Of a stretch of 64,000 bases of DNA, positions 19,401-28,788 are shown piece by piece. The DNA comes from an uncultured Acidobacteriota bacterium. GTDB taxonomy: Bacteria; Acidobacteriota; Thermoanaerobaculia; Multivoradales; UBA5704. Both the position numbers and the translations under genes were made by a program. Location: positions 864,001-928,000 of the forward strand of contig OY969474.1 in assembly GCA_963700145.1 (NCBI GenBank), written 5' to 3'. Position 1 is the first letter of the stretch, and every line of letters begins with the position of its first letter. A model generated the notes under the pieces. That model did not search any database. It was not told where the DNA came from and saw only the letters and a program-made list of their open reading frames with translations.

Positions 19401-21060
19401 CGGCCAGGTCGACGGCGTAGGCGCGGAAGGCGTAGCTCCGGCCGTAGCGGAGCCGCGGCAGCGTCCCGGGCTCGATCGCGGTGCGGCTGACCACCGGATT
19501 GACGGGGTCGGGGTCGGGCGGCGCCTCGTCGACCACTCGCTCCTCGCCGTCGACGTGGACGACGGTGCGTCCCGGCCGCGGCGCCGACAGCGACCAGCCG
19601 TCCCAGCCGGCCAGCACCTCGTGGGCGTTCTTGGGCGCCGCCGGCTGCTCGTCCGCCTGGGTCAGCGAGGCGCCCTGCAGGAACCCTTCGTCCGGGGCGT
19701 CGTCGAGGACCGCCGCGCCCTCCACCTCGACGTGCAGCCGCCGCAGGTGCAGCGAGTGCCAGTCGTCGCTGACGTCGTCCCAGACCTCGAGGCGCAGGCC
19801 GCGGCTGATCTGCTCCTGCAGCAGCTGGGCCGCGGTGCCGGAGAGGAGCGCGGCGTCCTTCGCCGCGGCGCCCTGGAGCCGGTCGTGGAGGACCTGCGCC
19901 CGGTCCTGGCGGGCAATGGCGAGGCCGGTGGCGCGCAGGCTGGGCGGCGCCGAGTTGACCCGGTCGCCGTTGTTCTCGATCGCCAAGAGGCGCGGCAGGT
20001 TGCGGACGTGCATCTCGAGCTTGAGGCCGGCGGCGTCGGGATCGAGGTCGAGCACCGTGAAGGTCTTCTCGTCGCCCAGGCGGAGCATGCCGTGCGTCCA
20101 CTCCGCCGAGGCGGCCTTGGCGGTGAAGGTCTGGCCGGAGACCTCGCAGGCGGTGCGCGGCTGCACGTTGATCGAGTTGGCGAGGTCGGGCACCACCAGG
20201 CCGGCCTGGATCCACACCAGGTCGGCGAGCTGCGCCACGTCGTCGACCCGCAGGTCGATCACCAGCCCGAGCCGCCGCAGCAGCGGCGAGAGGTCGCCGA
20301 GCATGCCGGCGCGCTCGTGGAAGTCGGGCTCCGGCTTGCGCACGGGAGGCGGGACCGTGCCGGGCGTCGGCCGCTCCTGGTAGGGGCGCTGCTCCTCGTC
20401 GCGCTGGTAGTAGCGGCGGGCGCGGTGCAGGTCGGCGACGAGCTGGAGCAGCGGCTGCCCCGTCGTCGACGTCGCGTCGGGGCCCAGGAAGCCGCCGTTG
20501 GTCAGGGCGTCGAGCCGCTTGGTGAGGTGCGCTTCGAAGGAATGCTTGTCGACGGGATGCTCGACGAGCTGGGCGACCGACAGCCGGTGCCCGATGTCGA
20601 CGCCCAGGGTGTTCAGCAGCGGCCGGGTGAGGGCGTTGCCGGCGACGGTGGGCGCGGCCACGGGGGAGGAGTACATCGACACCCCGTGGACGAAGAGGGC
20701 GTGCTGCTGCATCCGGTGGGCCGGGAAGGTGCGCCAGGGCACCGCCGTGTGGTCGGGCGTCTGCCAGGGCCGCACCGCCAGCTCCGGCGGGAAGACCCGC
20801 GGCCAGAGCTCGGGCTCCAGCTCGTCGAGGAGCGGCGTCACCGCGATCGTGACGTTCGTGTTGTTGCTCTTCCGGCCGCGCAGGGTGAGCTGCGCGCCCG
20901 CCAGCCGCGCCGTCCAGTCGACGATGCGGAGGAAGTCCGCCACCACCCCCTCGGCGCCGTCCGGGGTGAGCCGGTGGGTGACGAAGAGCGAGACGTGGAA
21001 CGGCTCGCCGGGGTCCGCCGAGTACGGCAGCGCGGTGACGAGGAAGGACTCGGTCGCCAT
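16483..21060 (-). CDS. Giant hypothetical protein (1525 aa) with beta-sandwich/FN3-like segments
   Basis: Normal amino-acid composition and GC3-rich codons, unlike the overlapping shadow ORFs. LPRLRYGRSYAFRAYAVDLAGN is an FN3-like strand. Starts 3 nt after the upstream gene. Confidence 0.85.
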   Translation of the reverse strand: MATESFLVTALPYSADPGEPFHVSLFVTHRLTPDGAEGVVADFLRIVDWTARLAGAQLTLRGRKSNNTNVTIAVTPLLDELEPELWPRVFPPELAVRPWQTPDHTAVPWRTFPAHRMQQHALFVHGVSMYSSPVAAPTVAGNALTRPLLNTLGVDIGHRLSVAQLVEHPVDKHSFEAHLTKRLDALTNGGFLGPDATSTTGQPLLQLVADLHRARRYYQRDEEQRPYQERPTPGTVPPPVRKPEPDFHERAGMLGDLSPLLRRLGLVIDLRVDDVAQLADLVWIQAGLVVPDLANSINVQPRTACEVSGQTFTAKAASAEWTHGMLRLGDEKTFTVLDLDPDAAGLKLEMHVRNLPRLLAIENNGDRVNSAPPSLRATGLAIARQDRAQVLHDRLQGAAAKDAALLSGTAAQLLQEQISRGLRLEVWDDVSDDWHSLHLRRLHVEVEGAAVLDDAPDEGFLQGASLTQADEQPAAPKNAHEVLAGWDGWSLSAPRPGRTVVHVDGEERVVDEAPPDPDPVNPVVSRTAIEPGTLPRLRYGRSYAFRAYAVDLAGNSRPHVVAGAPDGDSGGGPAIEESVTAFAATTLAAKPLEATVPAALESARVGLDVVRQEVRALRPPRAAGPIEGRGVPGLSLAEVEPTGVADVDRLVVSRVAARAARVRAAGPARRERIENAFDVAAAEAPHLLVRTDAQTPAPVFGRALATDLRTQRGFVGLALAEAVAQSGQTVTTPRPFLRWDPVIEPAIVPRHAFSEGESLQRLVIRSGVAGPAEEGGLEVTIVPPEVYVPATIAAHPTVDLAWGEDSQRHLAPPKTSQLEAELHGMFDAAIGSGSAAAVRAALAVALREAGTFFDTTVADLANPGQRLPQPGVTLHLSPTAEEPVHATPEELPRGEPPTPGQYVAHDVDELVVPYLPDPLAAGISLTFPDAGKDHRLTGLLAVEGTTLRYPGAWPEPRPYRLVLAAGDELGAVVDGTELRITVPPGEQLRMRLSSCLDRASLDLLGLWRSLPPVLRALNILAEAAADGWFWWLTPSVEMTLVHAVPKPVEVPRPTILVPIRANLDTAVTLFGGVDVHGPSTERIDVEGAWSEWVDDVAKPAPERVDVVAAACGTEIGYDEDLVVLAGTDSSVPLPDGGALRLHKAVHQMGDTKHRTVDYRVRATTRYREYFSPLVTPSVDDLSLVGPVRRLNVLSSARPPKAAVRDVLPLFLWDERTEPAQPFGLRRTRRSGVRIYLDRPWYATGDGELLGVLLASSDDAEVVKSTSQWASDPVWAQQGPAARAALPLSDVLHLTGLDDRRVPGRPVGPPAARSLVDIPGSPPVWVLGYEPEFSPARGLWFVDVAFDPRTAFWPFVRLAVARYQPDSNPGMHLSAVTVCDFAQLTPERTATLTRPDDRHVRVVVTGPVGVPKTFLPSLIFSPPFVAHVQASRTVRARLERRVAAVGTDLGWQAVAQVDLPILGIDGTVVSWAGQIELPQALAPRRPGENADWRVVVEEWERLPADPSPTGGFQVESRICYADHLPL

Positions 21061-21063
21061 GGC

Positions 21064-24000
21064 TCAGGCCGCCGCGAAGGCGGCGCAGTAGGCGTCCCAC
21101 GCCGGTGCGCTGCCGTCAGGTTGGACGTCGAGGATCTCGGCAAACGTCGGGTCGCCGTTGGAGCCGGCGAGCCGGCGCTCGCAGGAGACGCTGACCGAGA
21201 AGGAGAAGAAGAAGATCTCGACCTCGATCTCGATCGAGGCGCGGCCGACCAGCTTGCCGGTGTCGAACTCGTAGGTCAGCGACAGCTCGAGCGTGATGGA
21301 GGCGGAGATCAGCCCCAAGACGTCGACCTCGCCGCGGATGCGGAAGTAGCCGGTGAGCGACCCCTTGTCGACCTCCAGGCGCAGGTAGATGCCGACCATG
21401 ATCGAGACGGAGCCGGAAGCGACGCCCAGGTTGATGGAGAGCGAGGCGCCGGCTTCGAGGGCCATCTCGAGGAGCACCAGCCCCTTGGGGGAGAGCCGGA
21501 TGCCGACGAAGCCGCCGCCGCCGATCATCATCACGGTCAGGCGGAACGGCTTCTCGCGGGTGCAGAAGAAGAAGCCGACGGTCACCGCCTCGCCCAGGAA
21601 CGGCACCCGCGCGTCGGCCCCCAGGCTGATGTTCTCCAGGCTGAAGACCCCGACCGAGACGTTGGGCAGCGCGATGTCGAAGCCGGCCGTCACGCCCTCC
21701 GGGCCGACGTCGACGTACGGCGGGTCGGCGAAGCCGTCGAAGGGGATCAGGTCCTTGAGGGTCTCGATGAAGGAGAGGACGCCGACGAACTCGATGCCGC
21801 GGAAGACGACGTCCACCTCGGGCTTGCGGCCGCTGGCGGCGCGGAAGGCCAGCCGGTCGAAGGCCAGCCGCAGCAGCGGCGCGCCGGGGAAGAGGTTGAG
21901 GGAGAACTCGCGCAGCTCGGCGAGGACGTCGGCGCCGACGCCGCCCGAGCCCGAGGCGCGCGCCTCGACCGACAGCAGCAGGCCGTCCGGGCGCACGACG
22001 AACAGCGCGTTGGCGTCCGGGCCCTTGGGGAAGTTGGTGAGCGCCGGCCGCCAGTCGAAGCGGGCGCGCACGCTCAGGCCCTCGGGGTCGAGGCCGTTGA
22101 CGAACGCCGTGATCGTCTCGATGGTCTCGGCGATGGCGGCCGCGTCGCGGATCGGCCCGAGGCCGTTGACCAGCCGCTCCAGCTCCGCCTTGACCGGCGG
22201 CGGCAGCGGCTGCTCGCGGACCACGGCGCCCAGCTCGTTCACCAGGTCGGCCAGGTCGTCCAGCACGCCGGAGACGGCGGCGGTGACGTCGGCCGGCGTG
22301 CTCGGCGTGTCGAGGGCGAGCAGGTCCCCCACCGCATCCACCAGCGCGGCGACGCGGGTCTGCAGCTGGCCGCGCACCGCCTCCAGCCGCGCCCGCGCCG
22401 CCTCTGCCTGGTCGCGCAAGGCGGTGGTGGCCGCCGCGGCGGCGTCCTCCGCCAGCCGCGCAGCGCTGCGCTGGACGGCGGCCTGCAGCGCCTCGAGGTC
22501 GGCGAGCAGGCCGGCGACGACGTCGAGCTGCTCGGTCAGGAACGCCGGCGCGCGGTCCAGCCCGAGCACGGCGAGGATGTCGGTGAGGTCGAAGAGCCCG
22601 AAGAGCTTCGGCAGCACCCCGGCGAGGAACTTCGTCGGATTGAACCGCTCCGCCGGCGGCTTGTTGACCAGGTCGTCGAGGTCGCCGACGGCGCCGAGCG
22701 CCCGGGAGAGGCCGCGCACCGGCAGGTCCGGCTGGATGAAGCCGCCGGAGCGGTCGGTGCCGCCGCCGAACGAGATCGTCGCCGCAGTCTTGAGGGCGAG
22801 GAAGACCTGCGGCTCGGCGTTCTTGCCGGTGAAGCCCAAGTCGAGGTAGGGCTGGGCGTAGCGAACGGTCGTCGTCGGCGACGCCGGGGCCAGGTGGCGC
22901 ATCGCGGGCACCACGACGTCGGCCTCGTCGAGCTCCGGCGTCGAGGTCAGCTCGCCCGGCTTGCCCGCCGTGCCGGTGAAGCGCAAGGCCACCGTCTCCA
23001 GGGCGGCGTCGCCCGGCTTGGCGCTCAGGGCGTAGGCGACGGACTGGCCGTTGCCGGAGATGGGGCGGTCGGGATCGTTGACGTACGCCAGGCGGACCTT
23101 GTTCCGCTCCGCGGCGTTCTTGCCGAGATGGGCGGCCACGAAGAGGAGCGGGGCCTGCAGGCGCACCCGCCGGCCGTCGTGATCGATGCAGTCGAGGGTG
23201 AAGCGGAATTTGGCCGACCCCTCGACGACGGGCCAGAAGATCTCGTCCCCCTGCACCACCTGCGGCGTCCCCGGCGCCAGGGGGTCGCGGATGTCCGGCG
23301 TCACCAGCGGCCGGATGCGGATCTCGCGGAACGGCATGCGGCGGTCCTCGAACGTCTTGACCGGCTCGCTGACGACCAGGAACTTGCGCTGGTAGAGGTA
23401 GGCCTTCGGGCCTGCCGGCTCCTTGATCTTGCGCTCGGTCACCTTGACCAGCGCGCAGCGGTGGCCGAAGCAGAAGAAGTAGCCCGGGTAGACCACGCGG
23501 ACGAACTGGTCGCGCCCCATCGGGGCTTCGTGGTCCCAGGAGATGATGCTCGGCAGCGCTTCGGTCGCGTAGGGCTCGATGTCCCAACTGCCGTGCAGGT
23601 CGAGCCAGGCGCCGAGGGCCGAGAGGTACAGCCGCTCCGCCTCGACCGGCAGCGGCACCGCGATCTCCGGGTCGGCGCTCTGGCGCACCAGGATGACGCG
23701 GTCGAGGCCGTCGAGGGACATGCGGAACGGCAGCAGGTTGTGCGCGGCCGGCTCGACGCCTTCCTTGTCCCGCGCCCAGATCGCGCGCACCGCCCGCTGC
23801 GGGTCGGCGCGCTCGTCGACGGTGACCTCGTCGTCCTTGACCCGCCGGACGCCCAGCCGGCTGTGCCACAGCTCGACCCGCTCGACGTCCGCCGGCGCGG
23901 CCTGCGGCGTCGTGGCGTGCGCGAACCCGCCCCGCGCGCTCGGCGAGAGGATCAGCCGGTACGGCGCCTCGATGGCGGTCTCGTCGGCGCGCGGCACGCG

Positions 24001-24924
24001 GGGGCGTAGGAGCCGCGGCCGGAGGCGGTCGGCCGGCCCCACCAGCAGGTCGCCCAGGCCGCCGGCGATGTCGCTGCGGCTGAGGTTGACGGCGCTCTCG
24101 CGGGCGAGGAGCTGCCGCGCGGCGCGCAGGGCGGACGCGGCGGCCAGCACGGTCCCGACCGACGCTTCCCCCTGGCGCGCGCGTCGGCCCCGCACGTCGC
24201 GCAGCACCAGGCCCGCGGCCGACCGCGCCAGCTCCAGGCCGCCGGGCAGCGTGACGATGACCAGGTCGCCTCCCCCGCCGAACGGGCCGCGGGACGCCGG
24301 GCGCGGCGTGGCGAGCGGGGCGACGAGCAGCGGCAGCCGCGACATGGCGGCGAGCACGCCCGCGCTGCTGAAGCCGATCCGCTCCCTCGCCGGCACCGCG
24401 TACACCAGCCGGGAGCCGCGGGCGGCCAGGACGTCGATCGGCGGCGGCTCCGGGGGCTCGTTGCCGGCATCGTCCGGGACCGCGCTCGGCGGCGGCGACG
24501 CCCCCGGCGCCGGCGCACTCGGCGGCAAGGTGGTCGGAGGAACCTTCTGGTTGTTCTCGAGGGCGTAGAAGGCTTCCTCGCCCAGGTGCTGGAACGGCAG
24601 CCGCACCTCCAGCCGGGCGTTGCTGCCCTGCGGCACCAGCTCGGGGCCGTCCGCGCCGTCGGCCATCTCCAGGCCCCACCCGAGGACGTCGAGGACGACG
24701 AGGTCGAGCGGGCGCAACACCCGGAACGCGTGCGAGGGACGGGGACCGCTCGGGGCGGCGAGGTCGCCGAACCCCGGCGCGAGGCCGGCGACGCCGGCAA
24801 GGCTCAGGTGGGGCGCGACCGCGAGGCGGAGGGGGTCGCCGTCGAACCGGACGAGCGCGACGTTCGCCTGCCGGCGGCTGCGGCGGCGGGGACTGCCACG
24901 GCGGGGAGGGTGTCTTGCGCTCAC
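21064..24924 (-). CDS. Giant hypothetical protein (1286 aa) with central helical bundle and hydrophobic beta-rich C-terminus
   Basis: Coding-like composition. Ala/Leu-rich amphipathic helices near residues 780-940, then about 300 aa of alternating hydrophobic beta strands. Exact start uncertain. Confidence 0.85.
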   Translation of the reverse strand: MSARHPPRRGSPRRRSRRQANVALVRFDGDPLRLAVAPHLSLAGVAGLAPGFGDLAAPSGPRPSHAFRVLRPLDLVVLDVLGWGLEMADGADGPELVPQGSNARLEVRLPFQHLGEEAFYALENNQKVPPTTLPPSAPAPGASPPPSAVPDDAGNEPPEPPPIDVLAARGSRLVYAVPARERIGFSSAGVLAAMSRLPLLVAPLATPRPASRGPFGGGGDLVIVTLPGGLELARSAAGLVLRDVRGRRARQGEASVGTVLAAASALRAARQLLARESAVNLSRSDIAGGLGDLLVGPADRLRPRLLRPRVPRADETAIEAPYRLILSPSARGGFAHATTPQAAPADVERVELWHSRLGVRRVKDDEVTVDERADPQRAVRAIWARDKEGVEPAAHNLLPFRMSLDGLDRVILVRQSADPEIAVPLPVEAERLYLSALGAWLDLHGSWDIEPYATEALPSIISWDHEAPMGRDQFVRVVYPGYFFCFGHRCALVKVTERKIKEPAGPKAYLYQRKFLVVSEPVKTFEDRRMPFREIRIRPLVTPDIRDPLAPGTPQVVQGDEIFWPVVEGSAKFRFTLDCIDHDGRRVRLQAPLLFVAAHLGKNAAERNKVRLAYVNDPDRPISGNGQSVAYALSAKPGDAALETVALRFTGTAGKPGELTSTPELDEADVVVPAMRHLAPASPTTTVRYAQPYLDLGFTGKNAEPQVFLALKTAATISFGGGTDRSGGFIQPDLPVRGLSRALGAVGDLDDLVNKPPAERFNPTKFLAGVLPKLFGLFDLTDILAVLGLDRAPAFLTEQLDVVAGLLADLEALQAAVQRSAARLAEDAAAAATTALRDQAEAARARLEAVRGQLQTRVAALVDAVGDLLALDTPSTPADVTAAVSGVLDDLADLVNELGAVVREQPLPPPVKAELERLVNGLGPIRDAAAIAETIETITAFVNGLDPEGLSVRARFDWRPALTNFPKGPDANALFVVRPDGLLLSVEARASGSGGVGADVLAELREFSLNLFPGAPLLRLAFDRLAFRAASGRKPEVDVVFRGIEFVGVLSFIETLKDLIPFDGFADPPYVDVGPEGVTAGFDIALPNVSVGVFSLENISLGADARVPFLGEAVTVGFFFCTREKPFRLTVMMIGGGGFVGIRLSPKGLVLLEMALEAGASLSINLGVASGSVSIMVGIYLRLEVDKGSLTGYFRIRGEVDVLGLISASITLELSLTYEFDTGKLVGRASIEIEVEIFFFSFSVSVSCERRLAGSNGDPTFAEILDVQPDGSAPAWDAYCAAFAAA

Positions 24925-24954
24925 GGCCTCGGACCGTGCGGCGGCTACGAGCCG

Positions 24955-24984
24955 ACGCTACTGCCGTACTGGCGCCAGGGTCAA
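24955..24984 (-). promoter_or_regulatory. Candidate sigma70 promoter for the giant-protein pair
   Basis: Minus strand TTGACC-N18-TAGCGT, 30 nt upstream of the GTG start. Confidence 0.45.
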
Positions 24985-25059
24985 GACTTCGTTACGAGGG
25001 TGCTGCAGGAGTGGGCCGCCCGCTCGCGCCGGCGGCCCACTCGACAGCGTGCACGTTGC

Positions 25060-28000
25060 CTACCGGAGGACGAACCTCGCGCTCACCTCCCGGCCGTCCG
25101 GAAGCTCGAGCGTGACGACCCAGTCACCGGCCGACAGGGCGCTCGTGTCCAGGTTGTAGATCCACTGCCCCGCGGATGCGCGGAAGGCGAGGCCGCCGCC
25201 GTTCGAGCTCCCGGCGTCGAGGTCGAGCCCCTCGAGACCGATCGGCGCGCCGTTGACCGCCAGACCGGCGATGACCGGCGCCGCGACGTCCTCGCCGCCG
25301 AGCGGCGTGCCGCCGCACGAGAGCTGGAGCTTGAGCGGGATGGTGCTGCCCTGCCGGAAGTCGTGCCCCGGCAGCGGCGGCACCTGCCCCGCCGGCACCA
25401 GCGCGGCCAACGGCGGCAGCAGACCCGCGAGCCCCACCGCGACGGTGACCTCCACGGTGTCCGGATCGGACTCGAGCTCCCCGTCGCTCACCACCAGCGC
25501 GATGCTGGAGCTGCCCAGGGGGAGGGACACGGCCGGAGCCACGCCCGTCGCCGTGCCGCCGCCCTCGGGGAACGGCCCGGTCCAGGCGTAGGTGAGGGGC
25601 TGGCCTTCGGGATCGAACGAGCCGGAGCCGTCGAGGGTGACCGGCGTGAGCCCGGCGCCGGCGCAGGCGACGGTCTGGTCGGCGCCGGCATCGGCCACCG
25701 GCGGCAAATTGCTGATCGCGCAGGGGCTGTCGATGAAGAACCGGTCGTCGTGCACGTCCGCCTGGCCGGCGGCGTCGAAGATCCGGGCGACGAGGTGGAA
25801 GAACCCGGAGCCCGGGACCATGAACTTGAACGGCAGCCGGTCGAGGGCGACCGGGGTCCAGGTGGCGGCGCCGTCCAGGCTGTACTCGACGCGCTCGAGC
25901 CCGGCCAGGTCGGAACCCGCCTGGGCGTCGATCGTCACCTGGACGCAGGTGGTGGGCAGCTCGTCGAGCTTGCGCACGGTGAGCTGGAGGGACGGCGGCG
26001 CCTCGGCGACGACGATCGCGACCGAGCTGGCGCCGGCGTTGCCCTGGCCGTCGGCGGCCTCGACCGTCAAGGTGTGCCGGCCCGTCGAGAGCGAGGTGAG
26101 CGGCAGGCTCGCTCCGCTGCCCAACGCGCCGTCGAGGCTGGAGGTCCAGCGGACCGCGTCGCCGTCGAGGATGCCGTCGTCGACGTCGTAGGCGTGGACG
26201 CGCATCCAGACGAGGTCGCCGCGGCGGAAGATCTCGCCGGCGGACGGGCCGATGATCTGCACCGTGGGGAGCTTGCGCGAGACGCCGAAGGCCGGGGACA
26301 CGGCGCTGCCGCTGTTGGCGCCGTCGGAGGCGGTCACTCGCACGAGCGCGCCCGCGCCGCCGGGGACCTGGTCGAAGTCGACGACCAGGAACGGCTCACC
26401 CTCGGTCTCGCCCAGGCGCGACCAGGTCTCGCCGCCGTCCGTGGAGTAGTCGACCGCGCTCCAGTGGCGGCTGCTGTCCGGGTCGGCGATCGTCCAGGTC
26501 AGCTCCTGAATCCCGGCGAGGCTGGCGCCGGCGGTCGGGAAGGTGATCGCCACCTGCGGCGACGCGCCCGCGAGGGCGACCGAGCCGAGCTCGGCGCCGC
26601 TCGGGCCCAGGACGACGAGCGCGGCGGCGCCGGCCTGCACCGGCACCAGCTCGAAGAACACCGGGTCGCCCTCCGCCTCGCCGGCGACGCTCTCGGATGA
26701 CGGCACGGTCGGGACGAAGCGGCGGGTGAAGAGCACCTGGCCGCCGAGCCCGCGCACCTCGATCCGGTGCTCGCCCTCCCCCTCGTCCGTCGAGCCCAGG
26801 GCCTCGACGCGGTAGACCGGGCCGAGGAGGAGCCCGAGCTGCGCGTCGAGCGCGCCGCCGACGGTCCAGAAGTCGCCCTCGACCGCCGACACTGCGGCCG
26901 CGAACCCGAAGTCGGCGTCGAGGTTGGGCATGGCGCGGGTGTAGGTATGGCCGGAGACCCACCGCGGCGTGCAGTAGCTCATCCAGTCATAGCGGTCGTC
27001 GCCGAGGACGATGCTGCGGTTCGCGACGTCGAAGCCCACCTCGATGCCGTTGGCGGAGCGCAGACGGTTGTCGGCGAACGGCCAGTCGGTGCCGCCGTCG
27101 ACGGCGATGTTGTAGCAGCCGGGCGCCGCCGCGGTCCGTGGGACGTCGGTGTTGGTGTGCTGCCGGCCGAGCATGTGCCCGGTCTCGTGGGCGACGGTCT
27201 CGAAGTTGACCTCGTTGCCGTGGCGGACGGTGCTGGTGCGGCTCATCGCGCCGCGGCTCGGAATGCCGTCGGCGATGCCGCCGATGCCGCCGGGCGCCTG
27301 GTCGCGGACCATCCCGTAGTAGTGCCGCTTGGTCCCGAAGAGGTCGCGGAAGCGGTCGAAGAGACCGAAGAGGTCGCCGATGCGGGCCACCGTGTCCACC
27401 CACCAGTCCGTGGCTTCGTTGGCGTCGAAGGCGCCGTTGCCGTCGCGGTCGTAGGGCGCCTGGTCGCGGCGCACGAAGCTGTTGGAGACCGACACCGACA
27501 CGTCGTCGGTCGGCGCGGTGCGGCGCAGGAAGTCGATCATGCCGCCCAGTGCCGCCGCCGGCGCGCACTGCCACACCCGGCGGTTCGGCGCCACCTGGAG
27601 GCGCTCGTTGCAGACCGAGACCGCGCGCAAGGAGAGCGCGTCGGCGTCGCGGCTGCGCAGCGGCAGCTCGTGCTTCTGCAGCTCCTGGTCCTGGTCGGTG
27701 AGCAGGCGGATCGTGGCGTCCCAGTTGCCGCCGCCGGGCCGGAAGTAGAAGTCGAGCGACTGGCAGCCGTTCTCGAGCCGGCGCTGCTGCACCGGCGTGC
27801 AGTTCGGCTGCAGCCGGATCTGGCGGGTCTGCTGGTTGCCGTCCAGGGTGGCTTCGACTTTCACCGTGATCGCGCTCTGGACCTCGTCGAAGTAGACGCG
27901 CAGCACCGCGGGCTTGTCCTCGATGAGCGGGACCGGCGGCTCGCGGTCGCCCTGCAGGTCGGCCTTGAGGTCGTCGATCTTCTGGAAGTCCTGGATGGCC

Positions 28001-28683
28001 TGGCTGAGCTCGACGGCGTGGATCGTGATCTTGCGGCAGACCTTGAGGTCGTCGATCCCGGTCTGGTTGACGTTGCCGCTGACCCGGACCCGCCGGATCA
28101 CGTTCTGGTCCGTGCGGACGAACAGCGGGTCCCACTTGTTGAAGGTGCCGTTCGGATCGCCGCCCGGCCCCTGGTTGAAGTTCGGCGCGCCGGTGGCCGA
28201 GGCGACCTGGTTGTTGCCGGTGTCGAACGCCTGCATCGTGACGGTGACGAACGAGGAGTAGCGGAACTCGACGCGCGAAGTCGCGTCGGCGATCACGATG
28301 TCGCGCGCGCCGGGGGCGCCGCCCAGCCAGAAGGCGATGGTCTGAGGAGACGGCTCGAAGGCGAAGTTCCCCGTGCCGCCGGCGTCGGCGTCGATGATGC
28401 CGAGCCAGCCGGGCGAGGTGATGCCGTCGAACGCCGGGATGGCGGCGAGGTCGCCCACGCCCTCGAAGTCGATCGTCGTGCAGACCTGACCGTCCTCGAC
28501 GGTCTGCTGCTGGCTGTGGACCGAGCGCAGGCCGGGGGCGCGACTGGACGGCGCCGTCTGGCTCTGCACCGTCGCGGTGCCCGAGTAGAGCAAGGTCGCG
28601 GGATCGGTCTGGGCGAAAGCGGCGTCCATCGGGAGGGAAACGACGAAGAGACAGAGCAACGACCTCTTCAGGTGCATACGCAC
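25060..28683 (-). CDS. Secreted multidomain zinc metalloprotease (metzincin, M66-like) with Ig/PKD domains and PxKF-like C-terminal domain
   Basis: Signal peptide, HETGHMLGRQH (HExxHxxGxxH), downstream DWMSYC Met-turn, NLPPVADAGADQTV...LDGSGSFDPEG PKD-like module, and GSTIPLKLQL...GQWIYNLDT tail. Confidence 0.85.
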   Translation of the reverse strand: MRMHLKRSLLCLFVVSLPMDAAFAQTDPATLLYSGTATVQSQTAPSSRAPGLRSVHSQQQTVEDGQVCTTIDFEGVGDLAAIPAFDGITSPGWLGIIDADAGGTGNFAFEPSPQTIAFWLGGAPGARDIVIADATSRVEFRYSSFVTVTMQAFDTGNNQVASATGAPNFNQGPGGDPNGTFNKWDPLFVRTDQNVIRRVRVSGNVNQTGIDDLKVCRKITIHAVELSQAIQDFQKIDDLKADLQGDREPPVPLIEDKPAVLRVYFDEVQSAITVKVEATLDGNQQTRQIRLQPNCTPVQQRRLENGCQSLDFYFRPGGGNWDATIRLLTDQDQELQKHELPLRSRDADALSLRAVSVCNERLQVAPNRRVWQCAPAAALGGMIDFLRRTAPTDDVSVSVSNSFVRRDQAPYDRDGNGAFDANEATDWWVDTVARIGDLFGLFDRFRDLFGTKRHYYGMVRDQAPGGIGGIADGIPSRGAMSRTSTVRHGNEVNFETVAHETGHMLGRQHTNTDVPRTAAAPGCYNIAVDGGTDWPFADNRLRSANGIEVGFDVANRSIVLGDDRYDWMSYCTPRWVSGHTYTRAMPNLDADFGFAAAVSAVEGDFWTVGGALDAQLGLLLGPVYRVEALGSTDEGEGEHRIEVRGLGGQVLFTRRFVPTVPSSESVAGEAEGDPVFFELVPVQAGAAALVVLGPSGAELGSVALAGASPQVAITFPTAGASLAGIQELTWTIADPDSSRHWSAVDYSTDGGETWSRLGETEGEPFLVVDFDQVPGGAGALVRVTASDGANSGSAVSPAFGVSRKLPTVQIIGPSAGEIFRRGDLVWMRVHAYDVDDGILDGDAVRWTSSLDGALGSGASLPLTSLSTGRHTLTVEAADGQGNAGASSVAIVVAEAPPSLQLTVRKLDELPTTCVQVTIDAQAGSDLAGLERVEYSLDGAATWTPVALDRLPFKFMVPGSGFFHLVARIFDAAGQADVHDDRFFIDSPCAISNLPPVADAGADQTVACAGAGLTPVTLDGSGSFDPEGQPLTYAWTGPFPEGGGTATGVAPAVSLPLGSSSIALVVSDGELESDPDTVEVTVAVGLAGLLPPLAALVPAGQVPPLPGHDFRQGSTIPLKLQLSCGGTPLGGEDVAAPVIAGLAVNGAPIGLEGLDLDAGSSNGGGLAFRASAGQWIYNLDTSALSAGDWVVTLELPDGREVSARFVLR

Positions 28684-28726
28684 TCCTGCCTTGGAGAGAA
28701 ACGGCGATTTGTTTGACTGCAGTTTA

Positions 28727-28756
28727 AGCGTACTGCCAAACGGCCGGATGGGTCAA
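28727..28756 (-). promoter_or_regulatory. Candidate sigma70 promoter for the metalloprotease gene
   Basis: Minus strand TTGACC-N18-TACGCT. Confidence 0.45.
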
Positions 28757-28788
28757 CGGCTGCTGAACTACGGTAAGGTTACAGGACC

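Noticed and set aside
17185-24009. 2274-aa plus-strand ORF and other very long overlapping ORFs (e.g. 16448..21100, 21116..24679, 983..3004, 50233..53127)
   Set aside because: These are shadow frames of GC-rich genes. They have skewed Arg/Gly/Ala/Pro-rich composition, no motifs, and lie antisense or out of frame to better-supported CDSs.
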